This document shows, one piece after another, positions 38,303 to 46,489 of a stretch of 64,000 bases of DNA (position 1 is its first letter; each line of letters begins with the position of its first letter). The notes below the pieces were generated by a model. That model was given only the letters and a program-made list of their open reading frames with translations. It was not told the DNA's origin and did not search any database. Both the position numbers and the translations under genes were made by a program. This DNA is from an uncultured Candidatus Bathyarchaeia archaeon (GTDB lineage Archaea; Thermoproteota; Bathyarchaeia; Bathyarchaeales; Bathyarchaeaceae). The stretch spans positions 196,875 through 260,874 of the forward strand of contig CAYQMM010000002.1 in assembly GCA_964418675.1 (NCBI GenBank). The letters run 5' to 3'.

Positions 38303-40987
38303 ATGAAATTTTGGAAAAATAAATCGAAGATTACTGCTATTGCTTTTGTTCTGTTGCTATCCTTTGGTGTTATGTTTGTTGCTTTGCCTATCGTTGGTGC
38401 TCATGATCCTTCATGGCAGATTCCAACATATGCCTATCTCGGTGTTTCACCTAACCCCGTTGGCGTCGACCAAACTGTGTTCATTCTAATGTGGATTGAC
38501 AAGATTCCCCCGACAGCAGGGGGTATTGGCGGTGAAAGATGGGAAAACTTCAACATTGTAGTTACAAAACCTGACGACACCACCGAGGACCTTGGCTTAT
38601 TCACGTCCGACGCTACATCATCAACGTATACGCTATACACACCTGACCAAGTCGGCACATATACATTCAATTTCACATTTCCAGGACAGGTGGCAGACCT
38701 GTATGGTCCAACCGGAATACCTGGCATCCCTAGCGCCAATGAAAATGACACTTACTTAGCTAGCACTACAACTGAGACACTTACTGTTCAGGCAGACCCC
38801 GTGGCTGAGCCTCCAGCTTATCCGCTTCCAAGCAGGTTCTGGACGCGTCCCATAGAAGGACAGAACACTCCTTGGTCCAGCGTTGCATCAAACTGGCTGG
38901 GTTGGGGTAGTGGTCAAATTGTTGGAGGAGGAAATTGGGGTGGGGGTGGGGTTCAACCGGACGGCATTGCACCTAACAGCCCTCACATAATGTGGACAAA
39001 GCCGCTGCAGGATGGAGGTGTTGTCGGAGGAACTTATTCAATCGATGGCGTAGGCTACTATTCAGGGCTTTCATATGAAGGCAGATTCAACAATCCACTA
39101 GTCGTTGGCGGAAGGCTCTTCTACGACACACCACTGAGTGATAATCCTACTGCTGGACCATATGTAGCCGTAGATCTGACTACTGGAGAAACATTATGGA
39201 CAAGAGATGACATCTCACCATCATTTGGTCAACTCTACCTTTACGAATCATTTAACCAACACGGTGTCATCGGAGACGGCTACCTTTGGCAGACTCAAGG
39301 TAGGACGTGGAGAGCCATGGACCCACGCACTGGAGTCAATCTGTTCAACCTGACCAACGTTCCTTCTGGCACACCTGTATACAGTCCAAACGGGGAGATA
39401 CAACGTTACGTGCTTAACTATGCGGAACGCTCGCTGTCCTTGTGGACCTCAGCTGCACTACCAAATTCAAGTTTGGTATCGATACCCGGAACCGGAACCG
39501 ATGCTTACCAGTACAGACCTATCGGAAAGGAGGTTAATATGGAAAACAATACTCTGTGGAACGTGACAATACCGGATTTACCGGGTCTCGGAAATCCTGC
39601 CATTCTCAGCGTTATCCCTGATGATTTAGTATTTGGCACTTCCACAGCCTTCCCGCCATTCTTTGGATTTGGGACTCCAGATCCCTACACATTTTGGGCA
39701 ATAAATCTGAACGAATCAAAAGGTGACGTAGGTGAACTGTTGTGGATTCAGAATTATACCGCACCTTCAGGCAACCAAACTCTAGTGTTCTTGGGAACAC
39801 CGAATGTGGTAAACCGCAACCAACAAGTGGATGCAGTGAACCGCGTATTCTTTGCGACAGTTAAAGAGACTATGCAGTGGTATGGCTACGACCTCGACAC
39901 TGGCGAAATGTTGTGGGGTCCGATTGGAGATTTCAGAGACTTCCAGTACTATGGCACTACTTCAAACCCTCCGGCGCCAGGCTACGTCTATAATGGCAAG
40001 TTTTACGTTGCCGGTTACGGTGGAGAACTCCACTGTTACAATTCTAGGACTGGTGCTCTAGAGTGGGTATACAACAACACTAACAGCGGCGAGGAAACAC
40101 CTTGGGGTAATTATCCCCTCTTCGTGAGCACTTTTGCCGACGGAAAAATCTACCTGTTCAGCAGCGAACACTCTCCCAACTCACCACTATACAAGGGTTC
40201 AAGGATACGCGCCGTTAACGCTACAGATGGAACTGAAATATGGACTATGCTGGGCTGGTTTGCTAGCAGCAGTTTTGGTCAATTGGGCAGTCCAATCGCA
40301 GACGGCTACTACATATTCTTCAACATATACGACAATCAAATCTACTGCATCGGCAAGGGACCAAGCAAAACAACAGTCACTGCAGCACCAAAAGTTGTAT
40401 CCTCTGGGTCCAGCATAATAGTTGAAGGCACGGTGACTGATCAATCTGCTGGTGCTAAAAGGAAGGTAGAGAGCGGCGAGTTCAGTGTGGTGCCAGCCAT
40501 GGCTGATGAATACATGGGCGAATGGATGGAGTACGTGTACATGCAGAAGCCTATACCCGCAATGGCTCAAGGAGTTACAGTGCATCTATATGCTATTGAC
40601 CCCAACGGCAACTACCAAGACATAGGAGAAACTCACACCGATCAGTGGGGCAACTTCGGAAAGAGCTGGAAACCACCGGTCCCAGGCGATTATCTCATCA
40701 TAGCTGAATTTACTGGCACAGAATCTTACTGGCCCTCATCAGATTCAACCTATCTAGCAGTGAATCCAGCACCATCAGCCGGACAGCCAATGGAAACTGA
40801 AGAACCAACAACCCCAGCACCACCAACAACTGAAGAGCCATCAACCGCGCCACCAACAACTGAAGAGCCTACAGCAGTGCCGACTGAAGCACCTGTCATA
40901 ACCACAGAAGTGCTCATCATCGCAGCCGTTGGCGTAGCAGCCATCATAGGCGTCGGTGCCTACTGGGTACTCAGAAGACGAAAATAA
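38303..40987 (+). CDS. Large secreted cell-surface glycoprotein: signal peptide, PQQ-like beta-propeller repeats, Ig-like region, Pro/Thr linker, C-terminal TM anchor
   Basis: 894 aa. N-terminal signal-like ITAIAFVLLLSFGVMFVALPIVGA. Many N-x-S/T sequons. Repeated G-x-LW / Y-x-YD blade-like motifs. The C-terminus has PAPPTTEEPSTAPPTTEEP, then VLIIAAVGVAAIIGVGAYWVL and RRRK. Confidence 0.7.
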   Translation: MKFWKNKSKITAIAFVLLLSFGVMFVALPIVGAHDPSWQIPTYAYLGVSPNPVGVDQTVFILMWIDKIPPTAGGIGGERWENFNIVVTKPDDTTEDLGLFTSDATSSTYTLYTPDQVGTYTFNFTFPGQVADLYGPTGIPGIPSANENDTYLASTTTETLTVQADPVAEPPAYPLPSRFWTRPIEGQNTPWSSVASNWLGWGSGQIVGGGNWGGGGVQPDGIAPNSPHIMWTKPLQDGGVVGGTYSIDGVGYYSGLSYEGRFNNPLVVGGRLFYDTPLSDNPTAGPYVAVDLTTGETLWTRDDISPSFGQLYLYESFNQHGVIGDGYLWQTQGRTWRAMDPRTGVNLFNLTNVPSGTPVYSPNGEIQRYVLNYAERSLSLWTSAALPNSSLVSIPGTGTDAYQYRPIGKEVNMENNTLWNVTIPDLPGLGNPAILSVIPDDLVFGTSTAFPPFFGFGTPDPYTFWAINLNESKGDVGELLWIQNYTAPSGNQTLVFLGTPNVVNRNQQVDAVNRVFFATVKETMQWYGYDLDTGEMLWGPIGDFRDFQYYGTTSNPPAPGYVYNGKFYVAGYGGELHCYNSRTGALEWVYNNTNSGEETPWGNYPLFVSTFADGKIYLFSSEHSPNSPLYKGSRIRAVNATDGTEIWTMLGWFASSSFGQLGSPIADGYYIFFNIYDNQIYCIGKGPSKTTVTAAPKVVSSGSSIIVEGTVTDQSAGAKRKVESGEFSVVPAMADEYMGEWMEYVYMQKPIPAMAQGVTVHLYAIDPNGNYQDIGETHTDQWGNFGKSWKPPVPGDYLIIAEFTGTESYWPSSDSTYLAVNPAPSAGQPMETEEPTTPAPPTTEEPSTAPPTTEEPTAVPTEAPVITTEVLIIAAVGVAAIIGVGAYWVLRRRK
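40821..40870 (+). repeat. Two copies of CCACCAACAACTGAAGAGCC with a 30-bp period (the PPTTEEP linker repeat)
   Basis: Identical 20-mers at 40821-40840 and 40851-40870, inside the surface-protein ORF. Confidence 0.85.
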
Positions 40988-41005
40988 ACCATCAATTTCC
41001 CTCCC

Positions 41006-41013
41006 TTTTTTTT
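41006..41013 (+). terminator. T8 tract flanked by CTCCC/GGGGAG complementarity, 19 nt after the surface-protein stop
   Basis: TCCCTCCCTTTTTTTTATGGGGAG. Confidence 0.45.
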
Positions 41014-41247
41014 ATGGGGAGTAAAGCATCATCGGAAAATGGGGGCTGAGAAGGCTCCAGCATGGGAAAAATGAAACCTAACCAAAAGCAATAGCAGTAG
41101 TAGCCTTTGGAGTTTCATTTTTTTCTCCTCAATTGCCCGTGTGCGGAGCCTCAGCAAACCCTTTATTGACTAAAAATTGTTAAATATCCAGTTTTCCTTT
41201 CCTTTACTTACCTCAAAATCTCCATCATAATAGGAGAAAAGGGAAAG

Positions 41248-41904
41248 ATGGTTAAAAACAATGAATTTTCGCAGTTAACTGAGGCTCTTGTGGATAAGTC
41301 GCTGACGAAGGAGGAGCTTCTCATTAGGGTTAGACAGGACTTTAGCCTGCTTCCTTTCCTGCTCAGCGGTGTTCATTCCTCAAAAGCCGCTGTTAGATAT
41401 GGTTGTGCAAAAGTATTGATGGATTTAAGCGAAGAGAATCCGGAGAAACTGTATCCCCACCTGGATTTGTTCATTAATCTTTTAGACAGCAAATACAGAA
41501 TCTTAACGTGGAATGCCCTAGCTATCATTGCGAATCTGACCAGAGTTGATGCAGACAAGAAGTTTGATGCCGTCTTCGGCAAGTATTACAGCTTCTTAAG
41601 TAACGACTACATGGTCACAGTTGCGAACGTTGTTGGTAATTCTAGTAAGATTGCCCAAGCAAAACCATATCTTATACCTAAGATAACAGATGAACTGCTG
41701 AAAGTTGAAAGCATTTCTACGACCCCGCATCTAACAGAAGAGTGCAGAAGAGTCATAGCTGAAAAAACCATCAAGTCTCTAGATGTGTTTTTTGACGGAG
41801 TTGAACAGAAAGATAGAGTAATCTCCTTTGTTAAAGCGCATCTTGATAGCCCACGAAAAAGCCTGAGAGTAGCAGCAGAAAACTTTCTCAAGAAATGGGG
41901 CTAA
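41248..41904 (+). CDS. Hypothetical all-helical protein (HEAT/ARM-like repeats?)
   Basis: 218-aa ORF. Periodic helical-repeat appearance. No confident family. Confidence 0.5.
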   Translation: MVKNNEFSQLTEALVDKSLTKEELLIRVRQDFSLLPFLLSGVHSSKAAVRYGCAKVLMDLSEENPEKLYPHLDLFINLLDSKYRILTWNALAIIANLTRVDADKKFDAVFGKYYSFLSNDYMVTVANVVGNSSKIAQAKPYLIPKITDELLKVESISTTPHLTEECRRVIAEKTIKSLDVFFDGVEQKDRVISFVKAHLDSPRKSLRVAAENFLKKWG

Positions 41905-42220
41905 TCAACCTTCTGCCTTAATGTTCATAGTGTATCTTTGTTTTACATGTCTACAAAACCGAATTCTAGATTCGGAAGATTTTTTATTTTAGTATACGTA
42001 ACTCTCTATAGTTTGGTGCCGAGTCTCCAGATGAAAATTAAACATTCCTTTGAGCTTATGCTCAAACAGCAGGGTTGCTCTGAGAAGGCGATAAAAGAAT
42101 TGTGGAAATGGTATAATCCCTCAGAGAAAAGAGGAGTTGCAAGTTTCTAATTTAGGGTTGTTTTGTGAGGAGAAGTTTTTAATGGCGAAGTTGTAACTAT
42201 ACTATCCAGAGTGGCTCAAA

Positions 42221-42961
42221 ATGGCTCAGCAACTTCATTCAACTTCCATTAAACTAGCCCTTTCAGCCTTCTTCACGGCTTTGGTGTTTGTAGCCACCGT
42301 GATTTTCAGCAGCTATGTTCCTCAAACAACAGGTTTCTTCAATATCGGTGAAACTATGGTTTATACCACTGCCTTACTTTTTGGTCCTTTGGTTGGTGCT
42401 TTCGCTGGGGGGGTTGGTTCTATGCTTGCAGACTTATTCTTGAATTATCCCCTTTTTGCTCCTGCTACTCTTATCATAAAGGGCTGTGAAGGAGCAATAG
42501 TTGGTTTTCTTAGTCGCAAGAAACTTGGGTTAAATTCTAAACTTCAGTGGAGGATTTTCACGTTTGTTGTTGGTTTAGTTGCTGGTCTTCTGTTGGCGGG
42601 TGTGGGTTCAATCTATTATAGTGGGTCTGTTGAGTTGTATATTGGTATTCCTCCGCCTCTAACTCCCAATTTTGTGTTGTCTGTTCCGCCCCTGTTTTGG
42701 TATGGTTTAGGAGCCCTGATTACTGTGCTTATTGCTTTGATGGGTTTTGTGTTTGATCCGGAGTTTGGTTGGCTTGTTCTTACGATTATTGTTGGTGGTT
42801 TGGTGATGGTTTCGGGGTATTTTCTTTATGAGCAGTTCTTTCTTGGTGTGGCGGCGGTGGCGGAGATTCCTATTAATGTGGGGCAGATGAGTGTTGGTCT
42901 TATCGTTTCGATTCCTATTGTGCGGGCTGTGTGGCGTTATCTTCCTTCCCTCAGAACTTAG
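42221..42961 (+). CDS. ECF-transporter S-component-like membrane protein
   Basis: 246 aa, about six TM segments. FFNIGETMVYTTALLFGPLVGAFAGGVGSMLADL resembles substrate-capture S components. Confidence 0.6.
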   Translation: MAQQLHSTSIKLALSAFFTALVFVATVIFSSYVPQTTGFFNIGETMVYTTALLFGPLVGAFAGGVGSMLADLFLNYPLFAPATLIIKGCEGAIVGFLSRKKLGLNSKLQWRIFTFVVGLVAGLLLAGVGSIYYSGSVELYIGIPPPLTPNFVLSVPPLFWYGLGALITVLIALMGFVFDPEFGWLVLTIIVGGLVMVSGYFLYEQFFLGVAAVAEIPINVGQMSVGLIVSIPIVRAVWRYLPSLRT

Positions 42962-44325
42962 TTTTTTGTCTTTTTGAGGGCGTGTATATTTTTTAGTCTC
43001 GGTGTGTAGATGTGTTGGGGTGGGCTGGTGGTGTCAATGGAGCCTAAGAGGTTGGAGAGGGTTCTGGTGGTTTCTAAGGCTGACCCATCTGAGGTTAATG
43101 GGGTTTTGGTTGCTGGGGGCTTCAGGGTTGTTGAGGAGAATCCTGATTTTGTTGTTTGTTTTGGGGGTGATGGTACGGTTTTGTTTGGGGAGAGGAGTTT
43201 CCCTGGGGTTCCTAAGCTTATTGTGAAGACCTCGAGGGTTTGGAGGGAGTGGGATTATACTCTGGAGAACTTGAATGATGTTTTGTCTGGGATTAGGGCG
43301 GGGGATTTTCGGTTGCGTGGGGAGATGAAGTTGGTGGCGGAGGCGGGGGGTGTGAGGTTGGTGGGGTTGAATGAGGTTCAGGTTCATTTGAAGTTGCCGA
43401 TTTCTGCTGTGAGGTTTAGTGTTTCTGTTGATGGGAGGGAGTTTGGTGGTTTGGTGGGTGATGGGGTTGTTGTTGCTACGCCTTTTGGTTCAACGGGGTA
43501 TTATGAGGCGACTGGAGGAGAAAGATTCGAGAAGGGCATTGGTATTTCCTTTAACAACTTGCACAACAGGAAGATAGGGAGTTTTGTGGTTTCGGAGGAT
43601 TCTGTGGTGAAGTTGAGGGTGAGGAGGGGTCCTGCGTGGCTTTTGGCGGATAATAATGAGAATTTTGTTGAGTTGAATGGTGGGGATTCTGCGGTTGTGC
43701 GGAGGGCTGATGGTGTGGCGAGGTTCATTGTTGTTTCTGGGAGGTGAAGGGTGATTGTTGAGGGTTGGGCACCGGGGGGCTAGGGCTTATGAGCCTGAGA
43801 ATACGTTGCGGAGTTTTGGGAGGGCTATTGAGTTGGGGGTTGATGCGGTGGAGTTGGATGTGAGGAGGACGGCGGATGGGGAGGTTGTTGTTGTTCATGA
43901 TGCTAAGGTGGATCGGGTTACGGATGGGAGGGGTTTGGTGGGGGAGCTTACGTTGGAGGAGATTAAGGGGTTCACTGCTGAGAAGGGGGAGAAGATTCCT
44001 ACTTTGGGGGAGGCGTTGGATTTCTTGAAGGGAAAGGTGAAGGTGTTGATAGAGCTGAAGGAAAGTGGCATTGAAGAGCAGGTTGTGGATTTGATTCGTG
44101 AGAGGGGGATGGTGGAGTCTGTGATTGTTGTCTCTTTTTTGGAGGAGGCTCTTGGGAGGGTGAGGGAGTTGGATGAGGGGGTGGCGACGGGCTTGATTTA
44201 TGTTCGGTACAAGAAGCCTGTTGAGGCGGCTTTGGAGTTGGGAGCGGAGTATCTGCTTCCGTTGTATAGGTTTACGCATTCTGCGGATGTGAGGAAGGCT
44301 CATGAGGCTGGGTTAAAGGTGATCG
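42380..44325. other. Tract with a G+T-rich plus strand (A- and C-depleted); the right edge is sharp and falls inside the GDPD ORF
   Basis: Hand count of 43021-43080: G26 T17 A10 C7. 35 of the first 40 codons from 43010 end in G or T. The intergenic stretch 42962-43009 shares the bias. Confidence 0.8.
43037..43747 (+). CDS. nadK: NAD kinase
   Basis: The ORF track starts at 43010. ATG 43037 (MEPKRLERVLVV) gives a typical N-terminus. GGDGTVL and ATPFGSTGY motifs. Confidence 0.85.
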   Translation: MEPKRLERVLVVSKADPSEVNGVLVAGGFRVVEENPDFVVCFGGDGTVLFGERSFPGVPKLIVKTSRVWREWDYTLENLNDVLSGIRAGDFRLRGEMKLVAEAGGVRLVGLNEVQVHLKLPISAVRFSVSVDGREFGGLVGDGVVVATPFGSTGYYEATGGERFEKGIGISFNNLHNRKIGSFVVSEDSVVKLRVRRGPAWLLADNNENFVELNGGDSAVVRRADGVARFIVVSGR

Positions 44326-44417
44326 TCTGGACCATCAACACCCCAGAAGAAGTTAATGAATACATGAAGAAGGGCGTAGACGGCATAGCAACAGACAAAC
44401 CAGACATCTTCAAATAA
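43755..44417 (+). CDS. Glycerophosphodiester phosphodiesterase
   Basis: 220 aa with a TTG start. GHRGA, EPENTLRSF, ELDVRRTADGEVVVVHD. Confidence 0.85.
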   Translation: MLRVGHRGARAYEPENTLRSFGRAIELGVDAVELDVRRTADGEVVVVHDAKVDRVTDGRGLVGELTLEEIKGFTAEKGEKIPTLGEALDFLKGKVKVLIELKESGIEEQVVDLIRERGMVESVIVVSFLEEALGRVRELDEGVATGLIYVRYKKPVEAALELGAEYLLPLYRFTHSADVRKAHEAGLKVIVWTINTPEEVNEYMKKGVDGIATDKPDIFK

Positions 44418-44423
44418 TAAAAA

Positions 44424-44472
44424 CAGAAAAAAGCTAGTTTTCAACAATGAAGTATTATTAGGCTCCAAATAG
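44424..44472 (+). repeat. Left copy of the 48/49-bp inverted repeat (39-bp perfect core at 44428-44466)
   Basis: CAGAAAAAAGCTAGTTTTCAACAATGAAGTATTATTAGGCTCCAAATAG equals the reverse complement of 59504-59551, apart from one extra A and one A/T mismatch. Confidence 0.95.
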
Positions 44473-44509
44473 CTCATGTGAAAAGAGCTAAAAAGGTTCG
44501 TTTTTTAAA

Positions 44510-45475
44510 CTATAATATGCATTCCTGTCTTCGGATAAACAAAAAAATGCTATTGATAGCGGTTAAAGTCACAAGGAAAACCTCAATTGGGAGGTCACTA
44601 GACACATCCCAACTTTGATTATTAATTTCAGTATCCGTTGTATGTTTGAACGCATTTCTCATTTGACCGACAAATTGGATGAAACCAAGTTGTTTCTTGG
44701 TAATCTTTCCAGCTGACTTTAATCTGTTACCTATCTCTATGAAGCCTCTTGTTCTCGTTATGTTAACAGATTCATCATTTGCACATTTCTTGAGAAAGTC
44801 TTCAAAAACATCTGCCGTTTCTTTTATGCAAGAAATTGGCGCTGATTCAAACTTCATGCCAGCTGAAATGAGTTTTTCCTTTAAATCTCCTAAATATTGA
44901 ACAACTGCATCATCTAATTGATTTGCAACATAAGCCTCAATCTGCGCTTCATCATTTAGAGTGTTCTGGATTGATTTGAAAACGTTAAGTATTTCTGGTT
45001 GCTCTTTGAAAATAGGTTCAACACCTCTCTCTGTTTCTGCAAACACTTGTGAAAAACTCCCAAGTTCAAGAAGAGTATTTTTAAGAATTGTTATGCTTCC
45101 TGTAACGTTGAAAACTGTTTTGGTTTTGATTGTTGCACGGGTTACATCTTCCCCCCTGAGAATAAGACCGAAAAAGAATTTGAAAGGCTTGTATTGCATA
45201 AGCAAAAATTTCAAAATAGCTTTTTTATCATTGGCTTTCGCGTTTGAGAGCAAACGGGCAAATGGAAGTGTTGCTTTATAGAGTCCCCCATCATTTTTAA
45301 CAAGCTTAAGTTGCATTGCCATTTTTAATGCCTTTTCAGCTGTATCTGAATCAATATCGGAATATTGAACAATTTCGGGTAGCGTTGCCCTATCTCGTAA
45401 AACAATAACAGCCTCTACAACATCTAGAAGATTTCTATGGTTCACTTCAACAGCTTCATAGTTGCTGGAACTCAT
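44510..45475 (-). CDS. Hypothetical protein: N-terminal winged-helix-like region plus a C-terminal helical domain with a HEPN-type R-x4-H motif (QMRNAFKH); candidate RNase/toxin
   Basis: 321-aa ORF in an AT-rich island. ATGA overlap with the upstream ORF. Motif read directly from the translation. Confidence 0.45.
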   Translation of the reverse strand: MSSSNYEAVEVNHRNLLDVVEAVIVLRDRATLPEIVQYSDIDSDTAEKALKMAMQLKLVKNDGGLYKATLPFARLLSNAKANDKKAILKFLLMQYKPFKFFFGLILRGEDVTRATIKTKTVFNVTGSITILKNTLLELGSFSQVFAETERGVEPIFKEQPEILNVFKSIQNTLNDEAQIEAYVANQLDDAVVQYLGDLKEKLISAGMKFESAPISCIKETADVFEDFLKKCANDESVNITRTRGFIEIGNRLKSAGKITKKQLGFIQFVGQMRNAFKHTTDTEINNQSWDVSSDLPIEVFLVTLTAINSIFLFIRRQECIL

Positions 45476-46257
45476 TCCGTTGCTTCCCCACGTTTTTCAG
45501 AATGAATCAAATAGTTCCTAATCTTCCTAATAGCTTCAGCAATTTCCTGCAAGTCAGACTCTTCTGGGTGTATTGGAACCTGAAAATCCAGTCGAATCTG
45601 AATTTGCATTGGAATTTCCTTTTTTTCTAAAACTCTATATTTTTGGAGTTGTAGCTGTTTTGTTGTAACCTCGGTTCCACTCAATTTTGCTGTAACTTCT
45701 GTCCTAGGTGTCTCCCTCAGTTTCCCAGCAAGTTCAGTGGCAGTGATGTTATCACCCTCTCTTTCAACTAATTTAGAAGTAACGAGAATGTCAATTACTG
45801 CTTGTGCTCCAATGGTCGATCTTGGGTCCTTTTTTGTAACCTTTGCCCGTTTTCCAATTTCATCCCTTAACTGATAATTAGAAATACTGCCTCGGGTTTT
45901 TATCGAAAATACTAAACTTTTCAAAAATTCGTTTTCATAGATTAATGTTCTAAATGCAGAAGAAATCCCTTCCTCGTCACCGTACTCAATTGAGTAAGCT
46001 AGGTCTATGCCTTCCTTGGTTAATGAATAAGCAGTACCTTCTTTTTCTACTATGCCCATGAACTCAATAGCCTTAATATTCTGGCTAACCATTGCAGGGT
46101 GTCTTCCGATATATGTTGACACAGTCTTTGTGGAAACTGGTTGCTTCTCTGCACCAGCATTCAAGAAGCCTTTGATTATGCTTAAAAAAAGGTCATAACT
46201 CCCCCGAGGTAATTCTATCAGTTCTTCGGTTGACAATATGTCTCCCTCATTAATCAA
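45472..46257 (-). CDS. Hypothetical protein with a MarR-like winged helix (possibly two wH units); candidate regulator/partner of the HEPN-like protein
   Basis: 261-aa ORF. VSTKTVSTYIGRHPAMVSQNIKAIEFMGIVEKEGTAYSLTKEG looks like a wHTH. The C-terminus has IRKIRNYLIHS. Confidence 0.45.
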   Translation of the reverse strand: MINEGDILSTEELIELPRGSYDLFLSIIKGFLNAGAEKQPVSTKTVSTYIGRHPAMVSQNIKAIEFMGIVEKEGTAYSLTKEGIDLAYSIEYGDEEGISSAFRTLIYENEFLKSLVFSIKTRGSISNYQLRDEIGKRAKVTKKDPRSTIGAQAVIDILVTSKLVEREGDNITATELAGKLRETPRTEVTAKLSGTEVTTKQLQLQKYRVLEKKEIPMQIQIRLDFQVPIHPEESDLQEIAEAIRKIRNYLIHSEKRGEATE

Positions 46258-46489
46258 TGCATAGCATGTCTTTAATTCTGCTCTTTAGTGTTTCGGTGTA
46301 ATTATATTGATTCATTCGAAACTTTTTTGTTGGATGCATGAACCCTGCCTTGAAGTTTTAGCTATTACTTAATTAGCGAGATCATTACTTTCCTTGTTTA
46401 TTGTGACGTAATAGAAAGTAGCGGGGAAAAGGCGAGAGTATCAGAAAAATGAAGAAACTACATAATTTCATATCTGTAGAACTGTGTTG

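Noticed and set aside
40816-40877. 30-bp periodic repeat considered as a non-coding repeat array
   Set aside because: It is in frame inside the surface-protein ORF and simply encodes the duplicated PPTTEEP linker.
41938-42150. 70-aa ORF between the HEAT-like gene and the ECF-S gene
   Set aside because: It is short with no motif. Only the last ~39 codons (from MKIKHSFEL) look protein-like. The evidence is not enough to call a gene.
43034-44303. Long minus-strand ORFs (117 aa at 43034-43387; 192 aa at 43725-44303) rich in P/Q/N/H/R, antisense to nadK and GDPD
   Set aside because: The complement of a G+T-rich strand has few T or G, so stop codons are rare. The translations are low-complexity, while the sense-strand genes carry clear enzyme motifs. 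These are compositional artefacts.
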